Source of the DNA: a virus
Lineage: Duplodnaviria; Heunggongvirae; Uroviricota; Caudoviricetes
IMG/VR virus record: IMGVR_UViG_2534681834_000006
Direction: 5' to 3' (one strand)
Length of the DNA stretch: 64,000 nucleotides
Under the pieces are notes generated by a model. The model was not told the DNA's origin. It made no database searches and saw only the letters and a list, made by a program, of their open reading frames with translations. Below, in pieces: positions 42,776 to 54,286 of the stretch. How positions within the stretch are numbered: the stretch's first letter is position 1; every line of letters begins with the position of its first letter. A program made the position numbers and the translations under genes.

Positions 42776-43108
42776 TTGCATGCAACGCCTAACGGAGGGA
42801 AACGTTCAAAAGCAACCGCCGGGAAAATGAAGGCTGAAGGGCAGAAAAAAGGTTATCCGGACATGAGTCTCGATAAAGCATGCGGTATTTATCACGGCAT
42901 GCGAATTGAGCTTAAAGAACCAAATGGTAAAGCCCCGACGAAAGAGCAGATCGCCTGGATGCGCAGGCTTAGAGAGGAAGGTTACTACGTCGTTCTTGCG
43001 TATGGTGCAGAACAAGCGATAACCGCCATCCTGGAATACATAAGCCTTAAGAAGGGTGAGGCTATTGAGCATGTATTGAACGGCGACAAGTGGTTGTATG
43101 CTGCTTAA
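42776..43108 (+). CDS. VRR-NUC domain nuclease (PD-(D/E)xK)
   Basis: 110 aa; PDMS...IELK motif arrangement typical of VRR-NUC. Confidence 0.55.
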   Translation: MHATPNGGKRSKATAGKMKAEGQKKGYPDMSLDKACGIYHGMRIELKEPNGKAPTKEQIAWMRRLREEGYYVVLAYGAEQAITAILEYISLKKGEAIEHVLNGDKWLYAA

Positions 43109-43271
43109 AATAATAAATTAATTAGTGCACATGTGCTCTTTGATATAGCGCACATTAACATCGGGAGAATAATAGTGTCATTCAAGGTTAATTATGAATC
43201 GCTGGCATCGATCATGCCGCGTAATGAACAGGAAGCAGATGCTGAAGTGGACCCGGTAATCGCTGAAATGA

Positions 43272-43934
43272 ATGCTCGCCTGGAGGCTGAATTTGCAGCT
43301 GAGAATGAACATACCACCCAGGGCGACTAGGACTGTTTTTTGTGTCGGTAGCGGTCCGTCACTCACTCGTGAGGACTGTGCTGCTATAGAAAAAACTGGC
43401 TGTTCAATCATTGCGGTTAACAATTCCTGGCTGATGTTCGATGACATTTATGCCTTATACGCCGGTGATTTGTCATGGTGGAAGCAATACGGTTCCACCA
43501 TACCGGGAGGGAGGTTCCGCAAAGTGACAGCCAACCTGGCGGCGGCGAAATCATTTTCGTTGGAGTACAGGCGATATTGTAGACCGGCGGAAGGGGTAAA
43601 TAGCGGCGCGCAGGCTATCAGTCTGGCTGCTGAATCAGGGGCTGAAGTAGTGGTATTAGTCGGCTATGACTGTTCTCTGCAAAACGGCCTTCATTGGCAT
43701 GGCGCGCACCCTCAAGCCCTACGGAATCCAACGCAGGTGTCTATTTCAAAATGGCAACAGCAGTTCCTGGATACCCGCAAAAAACACGCAGATTTACATA
43801 TTTTGAATGCAAGTAGGAGCAGTGCAATTCAATGTTTCCCAAGAATAAATTTAGAGGCAGTGATCGCGTTATTATCGTCGGCAGTGGCCCAAGCGCCGCA
43901 AACTTTGTTGCGCCGCGCGGAGTGCCGATTATAG
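43272..43934 (+). CDS. Rossmann-like protein, paralog A (MptE/DUF115-like, tentative)
   Basis: VGSGPS...IIAVNN...VVLVGYDCS motifs; start uncertain. Confidence 0.45.
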   Translation: MLAWRLNLQLRMNIPPRATRTVFCVGSGPSLTREDCAAIEKTGCSIIAVNNSWLMFDDIYALYAGDLSWWKQYGSTIPGGRFRKVTANLAAAKSFSLEYRRYCRPAEGVNSGAQAISLAAESGAEVVVLVGYDCSLQNGLHWHGAHPQALRNPTQVSISKWQQQFLDTRKKHADLHILNASRSSAIQCFPRINLEAVIALLSSAVAQAPQTLLRRAECRL

Positions 43935-44458
43935 CGGTCAATGGGGCTATCGACTGGCTTAACCGCGCTTCTTATTTTTTCACACTTGATCCATCGCCAG
44001 ACAATATGCGGCGCGTTGGTCGTGGCCGCCGTCGCCGTGGTGTTTGTTATTGCATGGCACTACCCGATGTTAAAGAACGTGAAGTCAGAGACGGCATTCT
44101 GTGCTTCCGTCGTGTGGCTGAACGCGGCACAGAGCCAAAAAATACGAATTCTCCCGAGTGGTGGGCGTGGCGCTGGTCCGCACATTTCGGCCTTTGCGAA
44201 GATGAGAATGAAATTGCCAGCGGCAATAGTGCATATGGTGCTCTGAACCTGGCTTTCCATATCGGATTCAAACATGTAGCCCTGGTGGGCGTTGACGCTA
44301 CGCAAGAACTACGCGTTCACTCCGGCGGCACGCCAAAAAATCTAAGTCACCTGCCTTTGTTATTCCAGTCTGCGCGTGAACAGATTGACGTTGTTTCATG
44401 CGGGAAAATGGGAGGTATTCCGCAGATGACTCTTAAAGAATGGCTGAAGAATACATGA
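43832..44458 (+). CDS. Rossmann-like protein, paralog B
   Basis: VGSGPS...IIAVNG...VALVGVD motifs; start overlaps 3' end of paralog A by about 100 nt. Confidence 0.45.
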   Translation: MFPKNKFRGSDRVIIVGSGPSAANFVAPRGVPIIAVNGAIDWLNRASYFFTLDPSPDNMRRVGRGRRRRGVCYCMALPDVKEREVRDGILCFRRVAERGTEPKNTNSPEWWAWRWSAHFGLCEDENEIASGNSAYGALNLAFHIGFKHVALVGVDATQELRVHSGGTPKNLSHLPLLFQSAREQIDVVSCGKMGGIPQMTLKEWLKNT

Positions 44459-45132
44459 TGGCACCCACAATTTATCACCGTATCGACGGTACCAAATACA
44501 GGAATGTCTGGGTTGTTGGTGATCTGCATGGTTGCTACACCAGACTGATGTCCGAACTCCATCGTGTGGATTTTGACCCGGCGCAGGATTTACTGATATC
44601 GGTCGGCGACCTTATCGATCGCGGTACTGAAAATGTCGAATGTCTGGAACTATTGCAGATGCCCTGGTTCAGGGCAGTGATGGGGAACCATGAGCGGCTG
44701 ATGATTGATGCGTTAAGTCCAGATGGCAACGTGAATAACTGGCTAATGAATGGCGGACAATGGTTCTTCATGCTGGACACTGATCAGGAAATATTAGCCT
44801 GGGCGCTGGTGGAGCTGGTAAAGCGTCTGCCCTATATCATTGAGTTGAACACCGGGCAAGAAACTATCGTTATAGCCCATGCCGACTATCCGGATAATGA
44901 ATACCAATTCGGTAAGGAGGTGCCGCTTTTCAACGTTGTCTGGGCGCGCGAGCGTATCAGTGATTCGATGGATGATATTGGTGGCGAAATTTCGGGCGCA
45001 GATCGTTTTATCTTTGGTCACACTCCGGTGAAAAGCCCGAAGACATTCTGGAATCAGCAGTATATCGACACTGGTGCCGTATTTTGCGGAAACCTGACAT
45101 TGATGAAAGTGAAAGGTGATGGTGCAGCATGA
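44440..45132 (+). CDS. ppp: serine/threonine protein phosphatase (lambda-PPase-like metallophosphatase)
   Basis: GDLHGC, GDLIDRG and GNHE metallophosphatase motifs. Confidence 0.85.
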   Translation: MAEEYMMAPTIYHRIDGTKYRNVWVVGDLHGCYTRLMSELHRVDFDPAQDLLISVGDLIDRGTENVECLELLQMPWFRAVMGNHERLMIDALSPDGNVNNWLMNGGQWFFMLDTDQEILAWALVELVKRLPYIIELNTGQETIVIAHADYPDNEYQFGKEVPLFNVVWARERISDSMDDIGGEISGADRFIFGHTPVKSPKTFWNQQYIDTGAVFCGNLTLMKVKGDGAA

Positions 45133-45830
45133 AGATTGCTTTAGTTTTTCGCTCTGGTGGTGACTATAACGCTTCCGATGTGCAGTGGCTGGTTAATCAA
45201 CTGCCAAAAGGCTATGAAATTATTTGCCTGACAGACCTGAAGCGTTTACATGTACCTGGCGTCAAAGTTGTCCCATTGATCAACCAGTGGCAAAAGTGCC
45301 GTGGCTGGTGGGCGAAAATCGAGTTGTTCCGACCGGATATAACAGATGATCTGTTCTATCTGGATTTGGACACAGTTATTGCCGGTGATATACGCCCAAT
45401 CCTTGAGAATCCACCAACCAGCTTCACCATGCTTAGGGATTTTTACCATCCACAATATCGTGGTAGCGGTGCCCTGTGGATACCAAATAGTGTAAAAGCG
45501 CATATCTGGAGTTCATTCTGGCAAGATCCGGAAGGTTGGATTTCTCGTTGTGTCACTACTGAGTGCTGGGGTGATCAGGGGTTCTTACGGAAGGTTATGG
45601 GCGATGATACACCAGCATTTCAGGATCTGTATCCAGGATGGTTTGTAAGTTACAAGGCCGATGTTGTGGAACCTGGTTCAAAATATGCGAGCGCGCGTTA
45701 CTCCAGGGGGAATGGGGCATTACCAAAGGACTGCCGAATAATCTTTTTCCACGGCAAACCGCGACCTCGCGAAGTGTCAGAGGATTGGCTTCCCCTTATT
45801 AGCTCGTTTTTTGAGCGAGAATCAGAATAA
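45129..45830 (+). CDS. hypothetical protein
   Basis: 233-aa ORF, start overlaps ppp stop. Confidence 0.5.
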   Translation: MKIALVFRSGGDYNASDVQWLVNQLPKGYEIICLTDLKRLHVPGVKVVPLINQWQKCRGWWAKIELFRPDITDDLFYLDLDTVIAGDIRPILENPPTSFTMLRDFYHPQYRGSGALWIPNSVKAHIWSSFWQDPEGWISRCVTTECWGDQGFLRKVMGDDTPAFQDLYPGWFVSYKADVVEPGSKYASARYSRGNGALPKDCRIIFFHGKPRPREVSEDWLPLISSFFERESE

Positions 45831-45831
45831 T

Positions 45832-45848
45832 ATTGCTCTAATAATTCC
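45832..45848 (+). promoter_or_regulatory. C1 operator-like 17-mer
   Basis: ATTGCTCTAATAAtTcc. Confidence 0.5.
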
Positions 45849-45856
45849 ATATTTTT

Positions 45857-45889
45857 AAAACGTGATGTACACTCATCACGTTTTTTATT
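45857..45889 (+). terminator. rho-independent terminator flanked by two operator-like sites
   Basis: AAAACGTGATG-TACACT-CATCACGTTTT hairpin plus T-run. Confidence 0.7.
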
Positions 45890-45897
45890 AGAGCAAT
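45881..45897 (-). promoter_or_regulatory. C1 operator-like 17-mer (inverted)
   Basis: reverse complement reads ATTGCTCTAATAAAaaa. Confidence 0.5.
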
Positions 45898-46189
45898 CAA
45901 AAAGGTGCACTATGTGGCCATTCCGACGGAAATATCACTACTGGCTGATCGCCTTTGTTACGCCGACCGGCGGTATCAGGCATGTCATCACCAGGTATCG
46001 CAACAAGAGACTCACCTTAGCCAGAATTTTACAGGCTGCCATAGGTGAGGGACTGGATACAAATTGCGTAGTCCTTCCTCCTTCATACTTAGGAAAAATG
46101 ACCGAAGCACAAGCTAATACGGAACTTTGAAATGAGCACTTCAGCACAAAACCAATCAATCGAAAATGTATCTATCCCTGATGTCCTGA

Positions 46190-47395
46190 ATGCCGGTATC
46201 CCGGCCATTATCCAGAACATCCGGGCCGCGCAACGCCGCGTTAGTTGTGATGACCTCACAGCACGTTTTTTTTGATAATGCGGTTCAGTCAGCGGAGATG
46301 CTTCACGCACAGCTTATTGATGTTTATAACGCAGAAGCTGATAGCCATAACTCCCTGGTAGATGCAGCTGAAAATATGCAGTTGGATCTCGGTCTGAAGG
46401 GTAAAGAAATTGAAGAGCTTCAGCTGCAAATTGAACATTTGAAACGCCAGCAACAGGACGCGATCGACGATGCGACGCATGACGCCAACCAGCGTGCTGA
46501 TAATGCCGAACGTATAAGCATTGAGCTGGAAACAAAACTCAATGAAATGACCGCGATGGTTGAACTGCGGAACTCACAGATTTCAACGCTAAAATCTCAA
46601 TATAAAGAGATCATGAAACTTGATCCTTTTAACCTTGAGAAACGCTATAACAAAGCTAAAAGCGAGCGACAGGAACTGCGTAAGCAGGTCGCCGACCTTA
46701 ACCAACAGCTCAAAAAAACTATTAAAGATGCAAGCGAAGCGCGCGTGGCATTTGCTAATAAAAAAGCAGAGGTTACCGCGCTGGTTAATGAGAATGCCAA
46801 ATTTGCGACGCTCAAGAAGGAAATGTATGGCATTACTGAGCGCCGTTTCCCTGCAAGCAAACTTCATCCGACGTTAGGGCAAATCTCCTTCTTCCCGCGC
46901 CTCCTGGCTTATGGGATCTCATCGCCTAAAGAGTTCAATAACGAGCGTCCTTATATCGTTTCTAAGCTGGACTTTGCTTATCAGTTCTGCTGCGACATGG
47001 GCTATGCCATTGATATCCGAATCAACGAATGGTTGATGCCAAACTTCCAGCCGTTGGCAATTTTCCGCGAGTTCCAGCCGGAAGGTTGGGTAGAGTTCTT
47101 CCATGAATTGATCTGTAAAGAGATGGAAAGCCGCCGCCCGGAACTGGTCCGTCGAGTTGAGTGGGCGCAAGAGGTTATGTTAGCAGATGCAGAGCTGCCG
47201 TTCGAACCGGAATTCATTGATGATCTGGCAACTAAAGGGCTGCATACCCTGTTTGATGTGGTTACCCGCCGTCATGAGCAGTTGGTTGTCGAATTGGGTT
47301 TAGAGGAAACTGCGGCAAGAAGACTTCTCGATGTTTGCTATGCACGTAGCGATGCATGGGAAAAAGAGAACGGCGGCACTATTTACGTTCGCTGA
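46190..47395 (+). CDS. coiled-coil protein
   Basis: ORF of up to 401 aa; N-terminal half predicted coiled coil; start uncertain (ATG near 46295). Confidence 0.5.
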   Translation: MPVSRPLSRTSGPRNAALVVMTSQHVFFDNAVQSAEMLHAQLIDVYNAEADSHNSLVDAAENMQLDLGLKGKEIEELQLQIEHLKRQQQDAIDDATHDANQRADNAERISIELETKLNEMTAMVELRNSQISTLKSQYKEIMKLDPFNLEKRYNKAKSERQELRKQVADLNQQLKKTIKDASEARVAFANKKAEVTALVNENAKFATLKKEMYGITERRFPASKLHPTLGQISFFPRLLAYGISSPKEFNNERPYIVSKLDFAYQFCCDMGYAIDIRINEWLMPNFQPLAIFREFQPEGWVEFFHELICKEMESRRPELVRRVEWAQEVMLADAELPFEPEFIDDLATKGLHTLFDVVTRRHEQLVVELGLEETAARRLLDVCYARSDAWEKENGGTIYVR

Positions 47396-47417
47396 TAGTT
47401 ACAGTGTCACTTTTAAT

Positions 47418-47448
47418 GCTGGTGGAGTGCTCCCACCAGCATTTTTTT
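47418..47448 (+). terminator. rho-independent terminator
   Basis: GCTGGTGG-AGTGCT-CCCACCAGC followed by ATTTTTTT. Confidence 0.7.
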
Positions 47449-47467
47449 CGTCCAATGAGGAGGGCAT

Positions 47468-47974
47468 TTGAGTATTTTCAATAAACACGCACACCAGGAA
47501 CGTCCGTACATCGTCATAGTAGATATTGATGGGACGATATCAGAGGCAACGGAAGACAGGCTGCATTTACTTCCACCACCTGGCAAAGGTGCATTAACAG
47601 AGCACTGGAACGAGTTTAACCTTGCCTGTGACACTGATGCTCCCATCACTCCAGTTATTGATATGGTGCGCCAGTTGTCCGGCATTTACACCCTCTGGTT
47701 TGTAACCGGGCGCTGTGAGATAGCCAGGGATAAAACACGAGCCTGGTTGCGTAAGCACGTAACAAATGGGGCTGAGCCTTTGCTATCTATGCGTCCTGCC
47801 ACCGATGACAGAAATGACGGTCCAGCAAAGATTGATCTCCTGAAGAAAATTGGTCTAAGTAAAATTGCGTTCGCGCTGGAAGATAAGATTGAAGTGGCGC
47901 GTGTTTTCAGGAGTCACGGCGTACTTACGTTAATGGTCAGGGAGTATGAAAACGCGCTTCTCCATCAACAATAA
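47468..47974 (+). CDS. HAD-superfamily phosphatase-like protein
   Basis: 168 aa; N-terminal DIDGT motif (DxDGT). Confidence 0.6.
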   Translation: MSIFNKHAHQERPYIVIVDIDGTISEATEDRLHLLPPPGKGALTEHWNEFNLACDTDAPITPVIDMVRQLSGIYTLWFVTGRCEIARDKTRAWLRKHVTNGAEPLLSMRPATDDRNDGPAKIDLLKKIGLSKIAFALEDKIEVARVFRSHGVLTLMVREYENALLHQQ

Positions 47975-47990
47975 TTGCTCTAATAAGTCT
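47974..47990 (+). promoter_or_regulatory. C1 operator-like 17-mer
   Basis: ATTGCTCTAATAAgTcT. Confidence 0.5.
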
Positions 47991-48238
47991 TGATTTTTAA
48001 AACAGAGAAAGTGAAAATAAAAACATGCCGCAAGGCGCGGCATGTATCCAATCAATCACAGGAGCTGAAAATATGAACACGGCATTCAAAATCATTATGG
48101 CCGCGATCTATTTCTGGCTGTTCTCTATCATTTTTGGCGGCATCGTTGCGCATGGGTAAGGGGAGTATATTAGCCATTTGGAACCCCACGGTCTCTTGCG
48201 GGTTTAATTAAGAACCCGCAAGAAAAACACGAATTGGG

Positions 48239-51200
48239 CTATATTTTTCCGCCTACGCCTTTAAACTTCTCAATAAACGAGACGATTTTCTGGAAAACTG
48301 CCTGTTTTTTCGTTTTATATTGCGGATTCAACGGACTAAGTTTTGGTAATGTTTCGTTTAATTCTGTGCCATTTTCGGTGGCGTATTCGCGTTTTAAAGA
48401 CGTGCGAATATAGCGTTTTGCTGCTTCTTCATTGAGGTTTTCTTCTTTTATCAATGCTTCTGCTTCACGTTGCTGTTCGCGTTGAGCAAACGTAAAGAAT
48501 GCCTCAATGATACTGGCTTTGTCTGGTAAATCATCCAGGTTCGTTTGCTGAATAAAATCGACCACCAGGCCCTCTTTCGCCCGGTTTCCCAGGCTTGAAC
48601 GAATTAAGCGTTTGACCTCTTCGATCATTTCGCCCTTGCCTTTATTTTGTCTGTTGTGTTCGAAAATCAGTCCAAGGATATAATCCAGGTTTATTTCCTG
48701 AGACTTCAGCAAATCGACCTCAAAAACTACATCATCCCAGTCAGTGGTTGATTTCTCTTTTTTCTCAGCTTCTTTCTCACGGCGCTGCCAGTCGCGAATA
48801 TCGTTATAGGCAGAACGATAATCCTGAATCTTGCGATCAGCAGGGAGACGAATTGTTTGCAATTCAGCGAACTTTTCATCATCCACATAATGTTCTGCTT
48901 TGAATTTTTCTACCGCAACAGGATCGCTAAGATCGATTTGTTGCAGGGCTTTTAGCGTGGCAAATTCATCATAGTTTTGCAGGATGTTCTCGGCACGCAG
49001 GTATTCGCCAAACAGTTTAACGAAGTCTTTCTTCTCTTTTTCACTTTCAATACTGGTAGGGTCAGGGAACCGTTGTTCCAGTTCTGAAACTACTGTCATG
49101 AAGCCGCGTTTAGCTTCACCAGTGGCAGCATCAGTAAAGCCTTCCATATACTCTGCATAACTCTTTTCTAAAACCACATTTTTGGTATTTTTGTCACCAA
49201 ACAGCGTTATGGCATCAATGGTTGAGCGTTCCAGATCCCGGAACGTGACGATATTACCGAAGGTTTTAGTCGCGTCATAAATGCGGTTGGTGCGGGAGAA
49301 TGCCTGCATCAGGCCGTGAAAACGCAAGTTTTTATCGACGAATAGCGTGTTCAATGTTGGAGCGTCGAAGCCGGTTAAAAACATCCCAACGACAATTAAC
49401 AGATCGATATCCTGATTTTTAACCCGTTGGGCTAAATCACGATAGTAGTTCTGAAAACCGTTACTGTCGGTACTGAAGTTAGTTTTAAAATAGCTGTTAT
49501 ATTCACGAATTGCAGCGTCGAGAAACTCTTTAGCACTGCTGTCCATTGCGCTGGTATCAAAAGTTTCATCGGAAATTTCACCAATGGCATTTTGTTCTTC
49601 ATTAGCGGCAAAGGAGAAGATTGTCGCAACACGTAGTGGTTTATAGGTAGCAGATTTATAAGCGGCTTCCTCTTGTAACCGTTTAAACGTCGCGTAATAG
49701 GCTTTCGCGGCATCCACGCTGCTCACTGCCAGCATGGCATTAAAACCTTTGGAGCCAGGGAAAGTACGGTGGGTTTTCTGGCGGAAGTTATTCAGGATAT
49801 ATTGCGTAATTTCCTGAATACGCATGGGATGAAGGAACGCCTGCTGATTTTCAGCCGCACTCAGTTTTTTCTCGTCAGTTTCTGTCTCTAAAGACTTAAA
49901 CTGTGGCCGCACATCGTTGTAGTCCACCTTGAATTTAAGCACTTTTTCATCACGAATCGCATCGGTAATAACATATGAATGCAATTCACGGCCAAATACG
50001 CTGGCGGTCGTTTCTGAGCCTAAGGCGTTTTCCGGGAAAATAGGTGTGCCGGTAAAACCAAACTGATAATAGCGTTTGAATTTCTTCTTCAGGTTTTTCT
50101 GTGCTTCTCCAAACTGGCTGCGGTGACATTCATCAAATATAAACACCACTTGCTGATTGTATACAGGCAGGTCGCTTTCTGCTTTCATCAGGTTATTAAG
50201 TTTCTGAATAGTGGTGACGATAATTTTGTTATCGTCCTTATCCAGATTTCGTTTAAGACCTGCGGTATTTTCCGAGCCGTTGACGCTGTCTGGCGAAAAA
50301 CGCTGATATTCCTTCATGGTCTGGTAATCGAGGTCTTTCCTGTCGACCACAAAGAAAACTTTATCAATAAAGTCCAGTTCTGTTGCCAGACGCGCGGCTT
50401 TAAAGCTGGTCAGGGTTTTACCGGAACCCGTGGTGTGCCAGATATACCCACCGCTTTCCGGTTTTGACCAGTTCTTCGCTGTAAAGGAGCTCTTAATTTT
50501 CCACAGAATGCGCTCGGTGGCGGCAATCTGGTACGGTCGCATCACCAGTAGCGTCTGACTACTGTCAAAAACGCTGTAGTTCACCAGAACATTCAGCAGA
50601 GTATGTTTCTGGAAAAAGGTAGCGGTAAAATCTTTGAGGTCTTTAATCAGCGTGTTGTCTGATTTCGCCCAGTTCATGGTGAAGTCAAAACTATTTTTAT
50701 CGCGCTTTGTGGTGTTGGCAAAGTAACGGGTATCGGTGCCGTTAGAAATGACAAACAGTTGCAGATACTTAAACAGGGAATTTTCGCTGTTAAAACTCTC
50801 TTTACTGTAACGATGTATCTGGTTGAAAGCCTCACGAATCGCCACGCCGCGCTTTTTCAGTTCGATTTGCACCAGAGGCAAGCCATTAACCAGGATAGTT
50901 ACGTCATAACGGTTAGCGTGAGAACCTGCCTGTTCAAACTGCTGGATAATCTGCACTTTGTTGCGCATGAGATTCTTTTTATCTATCAGATAGATGTTCT
51001 CAAGACGCCCGTCGTCAAAAATAAAGTCGCAAATATAGTCGATATGGATTTTACGGGTCTTATCCAGAATGCCATCGCTCGGGTTGTCCAGATACTGCTC
51101 CGTGAAACGCCGCCACTCGCTGTCATTAAACACCACACCATTGAGGCTCTGAAGCTGTTCCCGAACATTGGACAGCATAGCCGACTGAGATTTTACGGAT

Positions 51201-51415
51201 ATAAATTCATAGCCCTGATTCCGCAGGTCCTGAATCAGTTCACGTTCCAGGTCCGATTCGCTCTGGTAGCTGTCGCCTGTTGGCTCAGCTTTGATGTACT
51301 TATCAAGGACGATAAAGTTATTGGATTCAGCAATAGTGTGTGTCTGATGAGTCATAGCGCATCCTTTGTGCCGTCTGGCAAGGGCCGGAAGGGAGTTAAG
51401 GGTGACTTCCGGCAC
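48239..51415 (-). CDS. hsdR: type I restriction endonuclease subunit HsdR
   Basis: 1058 aa; helicase motif I HTTGSGKT and motif [11 protein letters not shown]. Confidence 0.9.
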   Translation of the reverse strand: MPEVTLNSLPALARRHKGCAMTHQTHTIAESNNFIVLDKYIKAEPTGDSYQSESDLERELIQDLRNQGYEFISVKSQSAMLSNVREQLQSLNGVVFNDSEWRRFTEQYLDNPSDGILDKTRKIHIDYICDFIFDDGRLENIYLIDKKNLMRNKVQIIQQFEQAGSHANRYDVTILVNGLPLVQIELKKRGVAIREAFNQIHRYSKESFNSENSLFKYLQLFVISNGTDTRYFANTTKRDKNSFDFTMNWAKSDNTLIKDLKDFTATFFQKHTLLNVLVNYSVFDSSQTLLVMRPYQIAATERILWKIKSSFTAKNWSKPESGGYIWHTTGSGKTLTSFKAARLATELDFIDKVFFVVDRKDLDYQTMKEYQRFSPDSVNGSENTAGLKRNLDKDDNKIIVTTIQKLNNLMKAESDLPVYNQQVVFIFDECHRSQFGEAQKNLKKKFKRYYQFGFTGTPIFPENALGSETTASVFGRELHSYVITDAIRDEKVLKFKVDYNDVRPQFKSLETETDEKKLSAAENQQAFLHPMRIQEITQYILNNFRQKTHRTFPGSKGFNAMLAVSSVDAAKAYYATFKRLQEEAAYKSATYKPLRVATIFSFAANEEQNAIGEISDETFDTSAMDSSAKEFLDAAIREYNSYFKTNFSTDSNGFQNYYRDLAQRVKNQDIDLLIVVGMFLTGFDAPTLNTLFVDKNLRFHGLMQAFSRTNRIYDATKTFGNIVTFRDLERSTIDAITLFGDKNTKNVVLEKSYAEYMEGFTDAATGEAKRGFMTVVSELEQRFPDPTSIESEKEKKDFVKLFGEYLRAENILQNYDEFATLKALQQIDLSDPVAVEKFKAEHYVDDEKFAELQTIRLPADRKIQDYRSAYNDIRDWQRREKEAEKKEKSTTDWDDVVFEVDLLKSQEINLDYILGLIFEHNRQNKGKGEMIEEVKRLIRSSLGNRAKEGLVVDFIQQTNLDDLPDKASIIEAFFTFAQREQQREAEALIKEENLNEEAAKRYIRTSLKREYATENGTELNETLPKLSPLNPQYKTKKQAVFQKIVSFIEKFKGVGGKI

Positions 51416-51476
51416 GTAAAAAATAGTCTATATACAGACCGGATGTTAAGGTGGTCCGGTCGGTAGCAATGGTCAA

Positions 51477-52733
51477 TTAATTACTGACAGTTTCAGGTTT
51501 CGGGAAACTGAACAGTAAGTCACGATAGTACTCGTATTGTTTCTGGCGCAACTCGATTTCACGCGGGAGACCTTCGGTGATGGAGTTGGTCAGGGTGTCG
51601 AATTTATCGAGCAGAGCAGATATTCGCTCTTGTTTCTGTTTATCAGGCAATGGCACTGGTAATGTTTTTATAATATCTGCATTCAAGTTACTGACCGACC
51701 CGCTATTGATTTTACTTTCCCAATAATTTTTCACCTTTTTTGATGAAAGATAGTGATACAGATAATCAGCATTTAATTTTTCACCAAAATTGCTGATTGA
51801 TGCCCATCCATCATGGATAGCTCCGGTTATCCTTAAAATATATGGTCTGCCAAAGCTCATAGAGTTAGAAATGACGAAATCACCGGGGTTCAAGATTCGC
51901 GATTTTTGGGCACCCTCTGCAGTTATTTTTTGTAAGGTTTTGTCAATGTATTTAGAGCCGGGGATAGTATCTCCGATTTTAATCCATGGGATACCATTTC
52001 CTTGTTCAGTAAGATAATTAACAATTGGCCTGGGGGATGCCCCACGTTGTATTTTGGCTACTTCTCCCAATGCCTTCCACTCAACCTCACCCTCTTTAAA
52101 ACTCAGCAACTGGTCGCGATAGTAGTTGTACTGTTTTTTACGCATGTTAAGCTCAGCGGTAAGCTCAGCGGTAAGTGCAGTAAATTTGTCCAGAATCCGA
52201 ACGATTTCAGACTGGATGGCGAGGGATTTTTCCGGATTATCCGGGCAGGGAATTGGGATGAGTAGTTTTGACATCAATGCATTTGAGCTTAGATTCGGTT
52301 GTGCTCCGCCCCCGGCGAGGATATAAATAGTCTCTGTATTTAACAATAAAAAATGGTATAAATAATTATTGTTTAGAATATTTTCTTTGGGTATGAATTT
52401 TCCAACCCGTTGGTTAAGATAACATTTTGTTCCTTTTTTATAAATTCCCACTTTTCCTGTAGTGGCACCTGACATTGCAATCAATATATTTCCCATAGAT
52501 ACCTCAAAGGAGGATAAATCTTCCTTGTAATCATTTAGTGAAAAGTATTTCACCTCATCTAAGTCAACATTAAATCCATCTATATTTGTGATTCTAACTA
52601 TCGGTAACCCAGTTTCTTTAAATAAGCTGCTTTTAAATGCAAATCCATTTTTAAAATCACAAACATCCTTCAAGGGTTTCCACTCAACCTCAACCCCATC
52701 CAGCAATTTTTCCAGATAACTCAACTCGCTCAT
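51477..52733 (-). CDS. hsdS: type I restriction-modification specificity subunit HsdS
   Basis: 418 aa; two target-recognition-domain halves; 4-nt overlap with hsdM. Confidence 0.85.
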   Translation of the reverse strand: MSELSYLEKLLDGVEVEWKPLKDVCDFKNGFAFKSSLFKETGLPIVRITNIDGFNVDLDEVKYFSLNDYKEDLSSFEVSMGNILIAMSGATTGKVGIYKKGTKCYLNQRVGKFIPKENILNNNYLYHFLLLNTETIYILAGGGAQPNLSSNALMSKLLIPIPCPDNPEKSLAIQSEIVRILDKFTALTAELTAELNMRKKQYNYYRDQLLSFKEGEVEWKALGEVAKIQRGASPRPIVNYLTEQGNGIPWIKIGDTIPGSKYIDKTLQKITAEGAQKSRILNPGDFVISNSMSFGRPYILRITGAIHDGWASISNFGEKLNADYLYHYLSSKKVKNYWESKINSGSVSNLNADIIKTLPVPLPDKQKQERISALLDKFDTLTNSITEGLPREIELRQKQYEYYRDLLFSFPKPETVSN

Positions 52734-54286
52734 TTCTGCACCTCGCAGCCTTCAATTTCAGCCACAATCGCATCAATATCTTTACGCAACTGGTCGATTT
52801 TGCTGACCGTGATTTTCAGCTCTGCATTCAACTCAGCGATATCGATAATTTCGCGAGTATCTTTCGCTTCAACATAGCTGCTCACCGACAGGTTATAGTC
52901 ATTAGCAACAACGGTCTCAAACGCGACTGATTTCGCCAGATGAGCAACATCTTCCTTGCTGGCAAATACCTGCATAATCTGTTCGATATGGGCATCGGTC
53001 AGGATATTGTTGTTGGTCTCTTTTTTGAATAGTTCGCTGGCGTCAATAAACTGAACTTTTGTATCTGTTTTATGTTTAGACAACACCAGAATGTTTACGG
53101 CAATGGTGGTGCCAAAGAACAGGTTCGGTGCCAGTGAAATCACGGTTTCGACATAGTTATTATCAACCAGATACTGACGGATTTTCTGCTCCGCGCCGCC
53201 ACGGTAAAAAATACCCGGGAAGCAAACAATCGCAGCACGACCTTTGGCAGAAAGATAGTTCAGCGCATGTAGTACAAAGGCGAAGTCAGCTTTTGATTTG
53301 GGGGCCAGAACGCCAGCCGGGGCAAAACGTTCATCGTTAATCAGCGTCGGGTCATCGCTGCCAATCCATTTCACCGAATACGGCGGGTTAGAAACGATGG
53401 CATCAAACGGTTTTTCATCTCTGAAGTGTGGTTCAGTCAGCGTATTGCCCAGCTTGATATCAAACTTGTCGTAGTTGATGTTGTGCAAAAACATGTTCAT
53501 ACGCGCCAGGTTATAGGTCGTATGGTTGATTTCCTGACCAAAAAAACCTTCTTCGATGATATGGTCATCAAACTGTTTTTTAGCCTGCAACAACAGCGAA
53601 CCGGAGCCTGCTGCCGGGTCGTAGATTTTGTTAACGTGGGTCTGCCCGTGCATAGCCAGTTGTGCAATCAGCTTAGAGACGTGCTGCGGTGTAAAGAACT
53701 CGCCGCCGGACTTACCGGCATTCGCGGCATAGTTAGAAATCAGGAACTCATAGGCGTCACCGAACAGATCAATCTGATGTTCGGTGAAGTCACCAAGTTT
53801 TAACCCTTCAACCCCTTTCAGAACCGCAGCCAGGCGGGCATTTTTATCTTTAACGGTGTTACCCAGGCGGTTACTGGTGGTATCGAAATCAGCAAACAAA
53901 CCTTTGATGTCTGCTTCTGAAGGGTAGCCGTAAGCAGAACTTTCGATAGCAACGAAGATACTGTTTAAATCTGCATTCAGTCTGTCATTGGTATTTGCTT
54001 TCGCAGCTACGTTGCAGAAAAGCTGGCTTGGGTAGATGAAGTAGCCTTTGGTTTTGATGGCATCGTCTTTAATGTCATCAGTAATTACGCTGTCATCCAG
54101 TGCTGCATAACAGATGCTGTCATCATCGGCTTCCATATAGCTGGAAAAATTTTCGCTGATAAAACGATAAAAAAGCGCGCCCAGAACGTACTGCTTAAAA
54201 TCCCATCCATCGACTGAACCCCTGACATCGTTAGCAATTTGCCAGATCTGGCGATGAAGTTCTGCACGTTGTTGAATACTTGTCAT
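52730..54286 (-). CDS. hsdM: type I N6-adenine DNA methyltransferase subunit HsdM
   Basis: 518 aa; AdoMet motif [10 protein letters not shown] and catalytic NPPY. Confidence 0.9.
   Translation of the reverse strand: MTSIQQRAELHRQIWQIANDVRGSVDGWDFKQYVLGALFYRFISENFSSYMEADDDSICYAALDDSVITDDIKDDAIKTKGYFIYPSQLFCNVAAKANTNDRLNADLNSIFVAIESSAYGYPSEADIKGLFADFDTTSNRLGNTVKDKNARLAAVLKGVEGLKLGDFTEHQIDLFGDAYEFLISNYAANAGKSGGEFFTPQHVSKLIAQLAMHGQTHVNKIYDPAAGSGSLLLQAKKQFDDHIIEEGFFGQEINHTTYNLARMNMFLHNINYDKFDIKLGNTLTEPHFRDEKPFDAIVSNPPYSVKWIGSDDPTLINDERFAPAGVLAPKSKADFAFVLHALNYLSAKGRAAIVCFPGIFYRGGAEQKIRQYLVDNNYVETVISLAPNLFFGTTIAVNILVLSKHKTDTKVQFIDASELFKKETNNNILTDAHIEQIMQVFASKEDVAHLAKSVAFETVVANDYNLSVSSYVEAKDTREIIDIAELNAELKITVSKIDQLRKDIDAIVAEIEGCEVQK

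Noticed and set aside
48195-48222. 10-bp perfect hairpin CTTGCGGGTT/AACCCGCAAG just downstream of hsdR, considered as its terminator
   Set aside because: No T-run follows the stem on the relevant strand, so it is not a convincing intrinsic terminator; could be a processing or protein-binding site but evidence is insufficient.
49432-51168. Small ORFs internal or antisense to hsdR (49432-49713, 50123-50467, 50759-51466, 50986-51168)
   Set aside because: Entirely contained within the intact 1058-aa hsdR reading frame or its complement.
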